Shown: one piece after another, positions 8,403-17,430 of the stretch | Numbering within the stretch: the first letter of the stretch is position 1 | Layout of the letters: every line of letters begins with the position of its first letter | Source of the DNA: a virus | Lineage: Duplodnaviria > Caudoviricetes | Virus record (IMG/VR): IMGVR_UViG_3300028396_000019 | Coordinates: 1-36,454 of that record | Strand: one strand, 5' to 3' | Length of the DNA: 36,454 nucleotides | Notes under the pieces: model-generated | What the model was told of the DNA's origin: nothing | Database searches by the model: none | The model's input: the letters and a program-made list of their open reading frames with translations, nothing else | Made by a program: the position numbers and the translations under genes

Positions 8403-11240
8403 TTATGCTGTATAAGTTTTTATTTTTCCTGCTGTTGCTAATCGTTTTGCTTCAGCTAATTCTGCATTTCCTTCACTTCCTCGACCCCATGAGAAGTGGA
8501 AATGTACACCAGTTGCTTTTACTGTCATTCTTTTATATTCATCTTTAAACCTAATTGAACTGGAAGAAGAACCTGCTGCAAACCCTTGTATTATAGCTAG
8601 TACTTTTTTGTAGTTACTAACTGAATATGGTACTATTGTAAAGTCTAAAGCTCTTCCGCTTTTATGTCTACTGGTATACTCTGTAATATTCTGGTGGAAC
8701 TTGTCATTTCCTGAGGTAAATCTTAATTTGATTCCAGGTGCTTCTGATTTAACTGTGTTAATTAAAGCAGTTCCTATTTTTAAAGTATCAGAAGTTATAT
8801 CTCCTCCGTTAGCTAATTCTGTTCCTTTTTCAGAGAAGCCAGCTGATTTAATTACTGCTCTTAATTTATCTGCATTTGGTGTATCACCGGTAAATTCTGT
8901 TGCTACTGGATCATTATATCCCTCTGGTTCTGGTTGTTCGGTCAAATCTACTAAAGTTGAAATATCTGGGACTATTCCTGATATTGGCAACATAAACATA
9001 TTAGTTTTTAAATCCACATACCACTTATTATCTGATCCTATTTTATGTGAAACTCCGGTAATAACAAATCCAACTCTTCCTCTATACCTTTGTGGAAGTA
9101 TTTCTTCAGTAATGGTAAATGCCTCACCAATTTTTAATCCAGCGATACCTTGCATTGTTAGGCTCATTTCAATAGGTAGTAATATATTAGTAGGTTCAGG
9201 TTTCTTTTTCAGTCTGCTTTTAAGTTGAAACATTTTTAAACAAAACTGCATTGCCTCTCTATGCGAAGTATATATAGATGCAAAGTTACTGTTATCATTA
9301 GTTTTCACTGTTCCGTAACTATAGTATGCTTTTGCTATCTCAATCTTATTCTTTTGCCGTGTTTCTGCATTCCTTAAACTATCTTTAGGAAATTCTTTTT
9401 TATCTTTTTCTTCTTCAGATTCTTTTGCATTATTCCACCTATCGACTGCTCCGTTATTGAACTGCACTAAGTTATCTTGTCCTTTTAACTTAGAACCACC
9501 TGCTGCTGCTGCTATTGCTAGCATTGATGCCATATTACCTGAGATTTTGCTTGATAAACTGTAAGATGTTACCATTGATCCTAATCCCATAATATCTATT
9601 AATGGTAATTTATCTTTATGACTAATTGGGTTGTATAGATTCCTATCTACTACCATCCATTCGTCTTTTGCTTTGTTTAAATGTAAATCTAAACTATTAA
9701 CTCCTCCTAAATTAGTACTTACGTCTCTTAGCACAGTTTTAACTAATTGAAATACAGATGTTTCTGTATCACTATCTTTTACTTTTTTTACTGCTGCACG
9801 CTGTAAGCTTTGCAGGTACGCTAAGTTTATTAATATATTTAGAGGTGCTTTAGCTTTAAGGTCTTTTGAATCTTTTAGTTCTTTCGGTATTTTAGCGTTA
9901 GCTTTGTATCCATATCCGGTAAAAGATTTTACATCAGGCATTTGTCCTCCTTCAAACTTTGTATTCCCTGATTTGTAAGGGATTCCACATATGTAAGGGT
10001 CTGCTGAAACATGTCCAGGGAATGTTATGTACTCTTGTGCGTCTATATTTAAATCAAACCTTGTTTTGTCTGCTCCAGATTTTTCTTTTGATAGTACTTG
10101 AGTATTTAGTATATAGAGCAAATCTCTTATAGTAATGAAGTATTGATAATCCGTACTACTGTCTTCGCTGTTATCTGCTGCTTGGGCTAAACCGGACTTA
10201 TATACTTTTATATTATTGTCTTTAGGGTATAGTTTTTTTAAGTATTCGTCTAATTTAGAAGTGTTAGTTAAGGCTTTAAATATTTCTAACAGAAGATCAT
10301 TATCATCTTTCTTTGCTTTTCCTGAAGAATTTCCTGATGAACCTTCGGCATATTTTCTATGTCCATTTTTTTCATCGTAACCTGTGTAGTATGTTGATTT
10401 AACCGATTCTATAACTTCACCTTTACTCATAAGTTTAATAGAACAATCATAACTACCATCTGTTCCATAGTCCCAACTAAAATTAATAACTTTACCGATC
10501 ATTGCATCGTAGTTATTTCCAGAATCTTTCTTTTTCTTTTTTATCTCCGCTGTTAGTTCCGGTAGTGTTTTTGTAGCTTTTAAAAAATCTTTGGTTACCG
10601 ATCCAACTCCGGTTTCCATTTGACCCGTATAATTAAGGTACACACTATTCCCCCATTCAACCAACATTGTAAACCCAGGTTTAAAGTACAGTTTTTCTAT
10701 TATATCTAATTGTTCAATAGACCATGCTTTTATCTTTACTTCTGCTTCTCTAAGTGTTCCGTATTGACTTTTAGACCTTATTGAAAAGTCCGTAATACCC
10801 ATCATAGGTACGTACCCTCCAATTTCACTAAACTCATATGAACTTCTAGTAGGTACTTCTGTAGCTCTGCTTACATCAAATCCGGTTTTTCTATATTCCT
10901 GTAATTTTCCGTTAGTTACTTTGTTATAGACTGTACCTCCAGACAGAATATTCTGTGATGCTAGTATACTGCTTTTATTATCCTCGAGGTTATAAAATGT
11001 TTCTAATTCGGTTTTATAAGATGGACTTTTTTGTGCAGCTATTATACTTTTCATATAATCTTCTGTAGAGTCATCCAAACCATTGACTCCTGAAATCATC
11101 CTTATATAAGAACTATCGTTATTAATAAAGGTTGTTCTTAATACATCTTGTCTTTCGTTCTCATCAGTTAACAGCAGTTTGCGGTACTTAAGCTGATAGG
11201 ATACGTTCTCGTCTAATGGTACGCCGAATGTTTTTGCCAT
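8403..11240 (-). CDS. Baseplate hub-like protein with C-terminal M15/LAS-type zinc peptidase domain
   Basis: Position after LysM-like wedge gene; hub-like LTMQGIAGLKIGEAFTI...FVITGVSHKI...W segment; C-terminal SRHKSGRALD...HFHFS (H-x6-D...H). Confidence 0.75.
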   Translation of the reverse strand: MAKTFGVPLDENVSYQLKYRKLLLTDENERQDVLRTTFINNDSSYIRMISGVNGLDDSTEDYMKSIIAAQKSPSYKTELETFYNLEDNKSSILASQNILSGGTVYNKVTNGKLQEYRKTGFDVSRATEVPTRSSYEFSEIGGYVPMMGITDFSIRSKSQYGTLREAEVKIKAWSIEQLDIIEKLYFKPGFTMLVEWGNSVYLNYTGQMETGVGSVTKDFLKATKTLPELTAEIKKKKKDSGNNYDAMIGKVINFSWDYGTDGSYDCSIKLMSKGEVIESVKSTYYTGYDEKNGHRKYAEGSSGNSSGKAKKDDNDLLLEIFKALTNTSKLDEYLKKLYPKDNNIKVYKSGLAQAADNSEDSSTDYQYFITIRDLLYILNTQVLSKEKSGADKTRFDLNIDAQEYITFPGHVSADPYICGIPYKSGNTKFEGGQMPDVKSFTGYGYKANAKIPKELKDSKDLKAKAPLNILINLAYLQSLQRAAVKKVKDSDTETSVFQLVKTVLRDVSTNLGGVNSLDLHLNKAKDEWMVVDRNLYNPISHKDKLPLIDIMGLGSMVTSYSLSSKISGNMASMLAIAAAAGGSKLKGQDNLVQFNNGAVDRWNNAKESEEEKDKKEFPKDSLRNAETRQKNKIEIAKAYYSYGTVKTNDNSNFASIYTSHREAMQFCLKMFQLKSRLKKKPEPTNILLPIEMSLTMQGIAGLKIGEAFTITEEILPQRYRGRVGFVITGVSHKIGSDNKWYVDLKTNMFMLPISGIVPDISTLVDLTEQPEPEGYNDPVATEFTGDTPNADKLRAVIKSAGFSEKGTELANGGDITSDTLKIGTALINTVKSEAPGIKLRFTSGNDKFHQNITEYTSRHKSGRALDFTIVPYSVSNYKKVLAIIQGFAAGSSSSSIRFKDEYKRMTVKATGVHFHFSWGRGSEGNAELAEAKRLATAGKIKTYTA

Positions 11241-11542
11241 TACCTATTGTTATTAAGTTCTCTGTACTCGTCTTTAATAGCTTGTATGTCGGAAGGAATT
11301 CTTAATTGTTTACCGGGCTCAACTACTAGTGAATCTCTTTTACTATTATTAACAGAAGCTATAACCCACCATAGCTGTGGATCTTTATAGTACTCCAATG
11401 CTAATGTATCATACCTATCTCCTGCTGTTGATATTACATATATATCATTAAAAGACGGTTTTATTATTGGGAATATTACATTTCTCCTGTACCTAATACC
11501 GTTTTTAGATTGTTTTAATAGTATGTCTTTATACCTGTTCAT
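11240..11542 (-). CDS. LysM-like baseplate wedge protein (T4 gp53 / P2 gpX type)
   Basis: GDRYDTLALEYYKDPQLWWVIASVN...PGKQLRIP pattern. Confidence 0.85.
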   Translation of the reverse strand: MNRYKDILLKQSKNGIRYRRNVIFPIIKPSFNDIYVISTAGDRYDTLALEYYKDPQLWWVIASVNNSKRDSLVVEPGKQLRIPSDIQAIKDEYRELNNNR

Positions 11543-13100
11543 CCTCTTTATTTGCTGTTACTACTACTTCATCTAACTCAACTTCTGGTTTTGTTAATCT
11601 ATTTTTTCTCCCAATAAACTTATTTCCAAATTGAGGCGCTACTGTATGTATAGGTGTGAATGTTATACTGACGTCTAATATAGTAGGTACTTCAGGTATA
11701 CCCTCTATTCCTTTATCTAAGTCAGTTAAGCGTTCAAAACTACCAGAATCATCTGTACCGTATGCTGAGGTTTGCCAGGTGTAATCTGTACTCCAGTCAA
11801 AGGTTACTTGTTCTACAATACCTGGTTCCTGTATTAAGTAATCCCCTACTGTAACCGCTGCAAAGTTACCTCTCATGAAATTATTTGCTGTATAGGTAGG
11901 TGCTGTTACTCCTGCTAATAAATTTAGCTTAGCATATAAAGGTTTTAATTCATCTACTGAACTAGCTGCTACTTTAAATCCAAAAGTAATTGCTCTGTTA
12001 AAGCCTTCATAGTTGCGGAAGTCTTCTGCTCTACCTAAATACTTAAAAGACCCCCAAGTCCCTGTATAAGCGTCATTGAAACTAGTTAAATATGCTCTAA
12101 AAGGTAAAATTGTTACATCTGGCAGCGCATCACGTGAGTTTTGAGGTGTGATTATCTTAAAGTTAAATTCAATTAAGTCTTTAAAGGCTTCTTTTGTTTT
12201 TTCTTCTATTGCTCCTGTATCTAATGCATCTACTATTCCTATAGACCCTCTTTTTGGAAACTTAGCAGTAATCCTATCTTTTGGTTTTAATTTATAAGTC
12301 TCACCGTTTTTATCTTTTGGGGATTCTACTTCAGTAGGAGTTAAGCTTATTTGTTCGAATCCTTGAGCAACTCTAGTATATAAACCTTCTGCTCTTGTAT
12401 TTTGAATTAATTCTGTTGCTTTAAATCCTACAGGTTCAGTTCCGACTCCTGATGCGTAGTATTCTGTGTCTAAATCTTCTGGTTTTGCAGGAGTATTGTT
12501 AGATAAGGTATCTTGTCTTCTTTGCTTTCTCGATCTTTTAGCATCTTCCAATGTTGTTTTACCTGCATCTGTGATAGATAAATTAGCTGTTGTTGTGCCG
12601 AAGTCATCAAACTTAGTTAGAAGAGCTCCTCGTTCTTCTTGTCTCTCGTCTCCTTCAATCTTAGTATTAATTAATTCTCCGTTTAGTGATGCTCTATGTC
12701 CTTGAACTTTAGGTAAGTAACCTCTCTTCCCCATAAATCCTTCAACAAAGTGAGTACCTGTTCCATTTACTGGAACTTGTGCAACCATCGATGCAATTGC
12801 TTTTGCTGATGACCATCCTCCTGAAAGTACTTTACCTATAAATGACCTACCTTTTGATTTTGACTGTATGCTTTTTTCAACTACACTTAATGCTGTTTGA
12901 TTTGCTATATGTTTTAGACCTGGTCCAGTAGCTAGTAGCGATGTAATTCTCTTTAAATCATCGGTTCTACGAGTTACTTCCATAGCAAGACTGTTAGTAC
13001 CAGGAGGATTATTTATATCCTTTGTTACTAAAGGAGCTTCTGCACCAAAGTCCCCATACTTAAGATCTCTTAAGTCTGTTTCTAGGTCTATTAACGGCAT
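11529..13100 (-). CDS. Baseplate / tail-tube initiator-like protein
   Basis: Between tape measure and LysM gene; C-terminal W...KYLGRAEDFRNYEGFNRAITFGFKV...VTVGDY tube-fold-like segment. Confidence 0.65.
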   Translation of the reverse strand: MPLIDLETDLRDLKYGDFGAEAPLVTKDINNPPGTNSLAMEVTRRTDDLKRITSLLATGPGLKHIANQTALSVVEKSIQSKSKGRSFIGKVLSGGWSSAKAIASMVAQVPVNGTGTHFVEGFMGKRGYLPKVQGHRASLNGELINTKIEGDERQEERGALLTKFDDFGTTTANLSITDAGKTTLEDAKRSRKQRRQDTLSNNTPAKPEDLDTEYYASGVGTEPVGFKATELIQNTRAEGLYTRVAQGFEQISLTPTEVESPKDKNGETYKLKPKDRITAKFPKRGSIGIVDALDTGAIEEKTKEAFKDLIEFNFKIITPQNSRDALPDVTILPFRAYLTSFNDAYTGTWGSFKYLGRAEDFRNYEGFNRAITFGFKVAASSVDELKPLYAKLNLLAGVTAPTYTANNFMRGNFAAVTVGDYLIQEPGIVEQVTFDWSTDYTWQTSAYGTDDSGSFERLTDLDKGIEGIPEVPTILDVSITFTPIHTVAPQFGNKFIGRKNRLTKPEVELDEVVVTANKEDEQV

Positions 13101-13113
13101 ACTCTACTGTGAT

Positions 13114-13353
13114 TTATTGGGTTAAATCTTGTGCTCTCTGATCAATTCCTACTTCCGGAAGATTATCTAAATAATTATTAGCAGGTTTTTTACCTTTCAA
13201 ACTTAATGTAGTTTGTGCTGCTAAAATATCTGGATCGTCTGTGATTGACGACTTATAGTGCAAAGTAGATGTTGTTTTAGCAGCATCTCTTTGAGCAGGA
13301 GTCTGTCCTTTTAATCCGTGTACTGAATCTTTTAAATTGTTTAATATTGACAT
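13114..13353 (-). CDS. Small hypothetical protein
   Basis: 79-aa ORF with TATTTATA upstream; short internal repeat LKGQTP / LKGKKP. Confidence 0.75.
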   Translation of the reverse strand: MSILNNLKDSVHGLKGQTPAQRDAAKTTSTLHYKSSITDDPDILAAQTTLSLKGKKPANNYLDNLPEVGIDQRAQDLTQ

Positions 13354-13374
13354 TATTATAGTGTTTAGTGTTAT

Positions 13375-13382
13375 TATAAATA
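13375..13382 (-). promoter_or_regulatory. TATTTATA motif
   Basis: Exact copy 21 nt before ATG at 13353. Confidence 0.6.
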
Positions 13383-13387
13383 GTTTA

Positions 13388-15775
13388 TTATGTACTTAGT
13401 CTAGAACTTAATACTAAAGCTTCACCTACTTTACTTCCGTCAAGGTAAACATCACCTCCTGATCTTACTAAACTAATTAATTCTTCTAGGAGTTTTTCTA
13501 CATTCCCACCTAGTTTTGTTCCACCAGCCATGGTTATTGTATCCTTAGGATTAGATCTAATTGTAAAATCATCTACCTCCATAGAATCTGCAGAACGTGA
13601 TTTGGATTGTTTTATATCTCTTACTGCGAGTCCAGCATCTATTGCTACGGATGCTGCTGTTCCTATACCAGGTATAAGGCTTGCTCCACCGGATGCTAAT
13701 TCTAGTGCTGCTCCTGCGTAATCGCCTTTTGCTGCTCTGCTTATAGCAAATCCGACTCCTGCTAGTGCTCCAATTATAGGTATTTTTTTAAGTAACGATT
13801 TACCAACTGCTTTTGCTCCTATTTTACCAGCTGTCTTTGCTAAGTTTTTACCTCCTGTTTTTGCAACAGTTTTTGTAAGTGTTTTAGCGCCTGCCTTACC
13901 CCCCATACCTAATACACTTTTAAGACCTTTTGCTCCTTTTGTTAAATTTTTAAAAACCTTTAAAAGGCCTTTAAATTTTTTGAATATAGAAAGAGCTCCA
14001 ATGGCGCCAACAGTAGTTAATATAAGTCCTGAATATTCTGTCATCTTAGAAAAGAATCCTGCTATTGTTTTTAATGGATCTCCTAAAGCTTTAACTGATT
14101 CAGTCATTTCTTGCTGTAATTCTAGTTGTGCTTCTGCTGCAGTTTTTGTTTCTAATTGGCGCAGTAGTTCCTCTGCTCCTGCTGTTCCTCTAATTTTTGC
14201 TAATGCTGCTTCTCGCTTTTCTTCATCTTTTATAAGAAGTGCTTTTTCATATTGCTTCCTAACTGCTTCATCTAGAGATTTACTTTGATCTCCACCTAAT
14301 TTATTTATTGCCTCTTGTTTTATTAACGTTGCTGCTACTTCCTCTCTAGACATCCCCATTGACTTAGCTAAGGCGTTTTGCTGTAATACGTTTAAAGCTC
14401 CAAATTCTTTTGCAGAACCCATTTCTCTAGCTAGCTCTGCTGCTAAAGTAGCTTGGTCTCCTGACAGGGCTGCAGCACGTGCTTTATCTAGGTTAATATC
14501 TCTACCTAGCAGTAATTCAGCCTCCATTTCACTAGCTAACGAGCTTTCAAAATCTAATAAGTTATCAGCTGCACTATTTAATTGATTGAAGTTTAATCCT
14601 AATTTCCTTGCTTGGTAAGCTGCTTTTGCAATTCCACCTGGGAATTTCTGAGTTGTTAATTGTGTTGCTGATGATGCTGATGCAACATCTTTCATTATAT
14701 CTTGATACCTAACAGCAGATTTATTGCTGACGTTCTGTAGTTTTACTTGTCCTACTAAATTATCGTTAAAAGTTTTTAAATCTGTTCCGGATGCTGCTGT
14801 GAATTGTGCTAGTTTTGCTGCTTCTTCAGCAGAAATGCCTAACTTCTTTGTCATTGTACCGAAAGCAACTAGGGTATCGTCAGATAAGTCAGCTGTTACT
14901 CCCATTGCGTCGGACATTGCATGTTGAGTTGCAAGCATTTCTTTACTAGTAAGACTCTTTGTTGCTTTTCCTAGAGCAATAAACCTATCATCCAGTTTAT
15001 CTGCTTCCTGGTATGACATGTTAAAATTCCTTTGCATGTCAACTAAAGTCTCATTTGTTCTAATAAGTCCTTTGGTGACTTTACCTACAGTAAACGCAAG
15101 TGCCATTTTTGAAACAGCTCCTAGAAGGGATTTACCGCCTGCAACCATTGCATTTCCTCCTTCTGCTGCTGCTTCTCTTGCTGATTTGGCAGCAGTTTCA
15201 AACTCCCCAAATACTTTACTCAAGCCAGGTATATCTTTAGCAAACCCAGCCATTTTATCAAAGAAGTTAGATTCCTCGTTTATTTTTTGTGCGGCATCGG
15301 CTACTTCTTCAAAATTTTGTGCTAATCTTGATGCTTCAGATGTAGCGGCATTAAGTTGCTTTAAAGTTTTATTAATAGCTCTACGTTCTTTATCTGAAGC
15401 GGTGACTCTAGCATCTGATAATACTTTAATTTGTGAATCTAACTCTGCTATTTTACCTTTTAAACGTGCTTGTGCTTTAGATGCGGTTGCTAATGCTTTT
15501 TCAGATTTTAGTTTATCTTTATCTAGTCTTGCAATAATTTTTGCTTCGTTCTGAATGCCTTTTACTGCGCTTGCGGAGTTTTTCATTGCAGAAGTAAACT
15601 CTTCTCCGTCTTTAGCTGCTTGGCTAATATTATTAACCATGTCCGCAAATGCGTTATTCGATACAATAGCATCTTCTCGTAAGTCAGCCAATCGTTCCCC
15701 AGCCTTAGCTAAATTTTCTGCTAATATTGCTGCTTCTTTTGGATCTGGTATATTTTTATTTACTTCTTCAGCCAT
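13388..15775 (-). CDS. Tail tape measure protein
   Basis: 795 aa, Ala/Lys/Leu/Glu-rich helical composition, downstream of tube and chaperone genes, Gly-rich hydrophobic segment near the C-terminus. Confidence 0.88.
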   Translation of the reverse strand: MAEEVNKNIPDPKEAAILAENLAKAGERLADLREDAIVSNNAFADMVNNISQAAKDGEEFTSAMKNSASAVKGIQNEAKIIARLDKDKLKSEKALATASKAQARLKGKIAELDSQIKVLSDARVTASDKERRAINKTLKQLNAATSEASRLAQNFEEVADAAQKINEESNFFDKMAGFAKDIPGLSKVFGEFETAAKSAREAAAEGGNAMVAGGKSLLGAVSKMALAFTVGKVTKGLIRTNETLVDMQRNFNMSYQEADKLDDRFIALGKATKSLTSKEMLATQHAMSDAMGVTADLSDDTLVAFGTMTKKLGISAEEAAKLAQFTAASGTDLKTFNDNLVGQVKLQNVSNKSAVRYQDIMKDVASASSATQLTTQKFPGGIAKAAYQARKLGLNFNQLNSAADNLLDFESSLASEMEAELLLGRDINLDKARAAALSGDQATLAAELAREMGSAKEFGALNVLQQNALAKSMGMSREEVAATLIKQEAINKLGGDQSKSLDEAVRKQYEKALLIKDEEKREAALAKIRGTAGAEELLRQLETKTAAEAQLELQQEMTESVKALGDPLKTIAGFFSKMTEYSGLILTTVGAIGALSIFKKFKGLLKVFKNLTKGAKGLKSVLGMGGKAGAKTLTKTVAKTGGKNLAKTAGKIGAKAVGKSLLKKIPIIGALAGVGFAISRAAKGDYAGAALELASGGASLIPGIGTAASVAIDAGLAVRDIKQSKSRSADSMEVDDFTIRSNPKDTITMAGGTKLGGNVEKLLEELISLVRSGGDVYLDGSKVGEALVLSSRLST

Positions 15776-15795
15776 TTGTAGGGTGCTTTATATAA

Positions 15796-15803
15796 TATAA
15801 ATA
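15796..15803 (-). promoter_or_regulatory. TATTTATA motif upstream of tape measure
   Basis: Exact copy 20 nt before ATG. Confidence 0.6.
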
Positions 15804-15834
15804 GCGAAGGCCTCTTTTATTTAGAAGCCTTTGC
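15804..15834 (-). terminator. Possible terminator hairpin over the stop of the gp51-like ORF
   Basis: Minus strand GCAAAGGCTTCT-AAATAAA-AGAGGCCTTCGC (one mismatch, one G-U) followed directly by TATTTAT. Confidence 0.45.
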
Positions 15835-16110
15835 TGAATAATTAGGTTTTATATTAGGTCTTGCAATTTGCGGTTTAGATTTTGTGGGTTCTGGGGTTGA
15901 TTCTTCGTTAATTTGTTGGAAGTGTTCTCTTATTTTATTATAAGTAAATTTTCTAAGCCAAATTGGCATATTATACACTGTATGCCAGTCGTATCCTCCG
16001 TTTCCATGAAATACTATGTCGTGTATTATACTAAATACATTTAACCTATATTCAGGCGTCAGGCCAAAAAAAGTTAAGCCCAATGGGCAAATCAACTTCC
16101 TCCTCTCCAC
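15817..16110 (-). CDS. T4 gp51-like tail/baseplate assembly domain, probably the frameshifted extension of the upstream gene
   Basis: H...GYDWHTVYNMPIWLRKF resembles the gp51-type H.YS..E.ENM.PWER pattern; track start is a GTG inside the upstream gene; overlap spans a T7 run. Confidence 0.7.
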   Translation of the reverse strand: MERRKLICPLGLTFFGLTPEYRLNVFSIIHDIVFHGNGGYDWHTVYNMPIWLRKFTYNKIREHFQQINEESTPEPTKSKPQIARPNIKPNYSAKASK

Positions 16111-16795
16111 CTTCTTCTTCTTTAAGGTTAAATACCATTTTTACATCTGGGTTAATTAATTGATATTCTGCTCTTAATGCTCTTGCGTCTTTAGCTAAAA
16201 GATATTCGTCAACAAAAGATCTAATGTCCTTTTGTTCTGATAATCCGTTGACTGAGGTTATTATTTTTTTAAGTCTAGTTGTAACTTCAGGAGAAGAATT
16301 TTTATTTATTTTCTTAAGACCCGTCAATTCTCTCTCTATACTTGTTTCATCACTATGTGTAAGTAACTTAAAAGTAACCGTATTACCTGTTGTTGGTAGA
16401 GCAAAGCTAAACTTATTTTCTTTTTCTTTAACTAAACTTTCATCTAAGTATTTTAATTCCAATTTAGATAAGTCAACTGTATGGTTTGTTCCACCTCTAG
16501 AAAAGGTATAGTCCTTTCCATAAGAAAGTACTCTAGCAGCAAACATGATTGCATTTTTATCGCCTACTAAAAGTTGATTGTAATCTACTCCTTCAGTTAC
16601 AATTAGAGATTTAAGTAACCTATCAATTACAGTTCCGTTTTTAATGTAATTTTGGTTAGTTAAAATATCCTCCTCTTTAGCGGTCATATACTTCATTTCC
16701 ACTTTGCCTGAAGCTAAAGCTGAACCTTCTGGGTATAGCAGCCCTTTAGATGGTAATTCTACTAATTCTGTAGGGACTTTAAATTGTGATTCCAT
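16052..16795 (-). CDS. T4 gp26-like baseplate hub / tail assembly chaperone
   Basis: VELPSKG..YP, MTAKEEDIL, second LP.TG..VTFKLLT repeat, C-terminal NFFWP; lies between tube and tape measure. Confidence 0.85.
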   Translation of the reverse strand: MESQFKVPTELVELPSKGLLYPEGSALASGKVEMKYMTAKEEDILTNQNYIKNGTVIDRLLKSLIVTEGVDYNQLLVGDKNAIMFAARVLSYGKDYTFSRGGTNHTVDLSKLELKYLDESLVKEKENKFSFALPTTGNTVTFKLLTHSDETSIERELTGLKKINKNSSPEVTTRLKKIITSVNGLSEQKDIRSFVDEYLLAKDARALRAEYQLINPDVKMVFNLKEEEGGEEEVDLPIGLNFFWPDA

Positions 16796-16828
16796 AAATT
16801 TTATTTAGTTATAACTTGTTTATACTAA

Positions 16829-16859
16829 TAAATATACGAAGAAAAAAGTTTAGAGCCAA
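16829..16859 (-). promoter_or_regulatory. Putative Bacteroidota-type promoter overlapping a TATTTATT variant
   Basis: Minus strand TTG-N20-TATATTTA immediately after the tube terminator; TATTTATT at 16827-16834. Confidence 0.6.
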
Positions 16860-16860
16860 C

Positions 16861-16884
16861 AAAAAACCCGGATAAAATCCGGGC
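16861..16884 (-). terminator. Rho-independent terminator after tail tube gene
   Basis: Minus strand CCCGGAT-TTT-ATCCGGG followed by TTTTTT. Confidence 0.9.
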
Positions 16885-16907
16885 CTTTATAATAAGTAAG
16901 TAATTTC

Positions 16908-17393
16908 CTAGTAATTTAATACGCAGTAGTCCATTGCAACTGTAATTCCAATTTCTACAGCTTCATCTGAAGTCCAGTCGTATTGTCCAAAGTCTCCATT
17001 TGTTAGGATAGCTCCTTTAATGATCCATTCACCTACAATGTCTCCTACAGGTCCTAATATGTTTAAAGTTAAATCTTTTTTATAGAAGTCAGAATAACCA
17101 GCTCTACCTGTTACCGATTCGTATCCTAATCTTGCCCATTCCATTACGGCTTGTGCTCCAGAAGGAGTTACTGGATCGTATAGAGTCATGGTCATATCGT
17201 CCCATTCTCTTTTTCCTCTAATTTTTCTATATGAATTGATGTGGTCTAACTTGATAACGTTATCGGTAAAGGAAGGTGCTTTAACATTCTTAACCATGAA
17301 GGAAGGAATGTTATCGATATACATTACAAATCTGTTCTGTACCTTTGGTTCAAAGGCTTTAAACATTATTTCGTTTGGATCTAATACTGCCAT
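16908..17393 (-). CDS. Tail tube protein (T4 gp19-like)
   Basis: 161 aa directly after sheath; FEPKVQNRF, GKREWDDMTMTLYD, YKKDLTL, W.IKGA motifs. Confidence 0.93.
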   Translation of the reverse strand: MAVLDPNEIMFKAFEPKVQNRFVMYIDNIPSFMVKNVKAPSFTDNVIKLDHINSYRKIRGKREWDDMTMTLYDPVTPSGAQAVMEWARLGYESVTGRAGYSDFYKKDLTLNILGPVGDIVGEWIIKGAILTNGDFGQYDWTSDEAVEIGITVAMDYCVLNY

Positions 17394-17409
17394 GTTGTAT
17401 TTACTTTAT

Positions 17410-17417
17410 TATAAATA
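17410..17417 (-). promoter_or_regulatory. TATTTATA motif upstream of tail tube
   Basis: Exact copy 16 nt before ATG. Confidence 0.62.
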
Positions 17418-17430
17418 TATTGTTTTTAAA

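Noticed and set aside
13010-13017. T4-orientation TATAAATA on the coding strand
   Set aside because: Single copy noticed, inside a CDS and far from any downstream start; compatible with chance.
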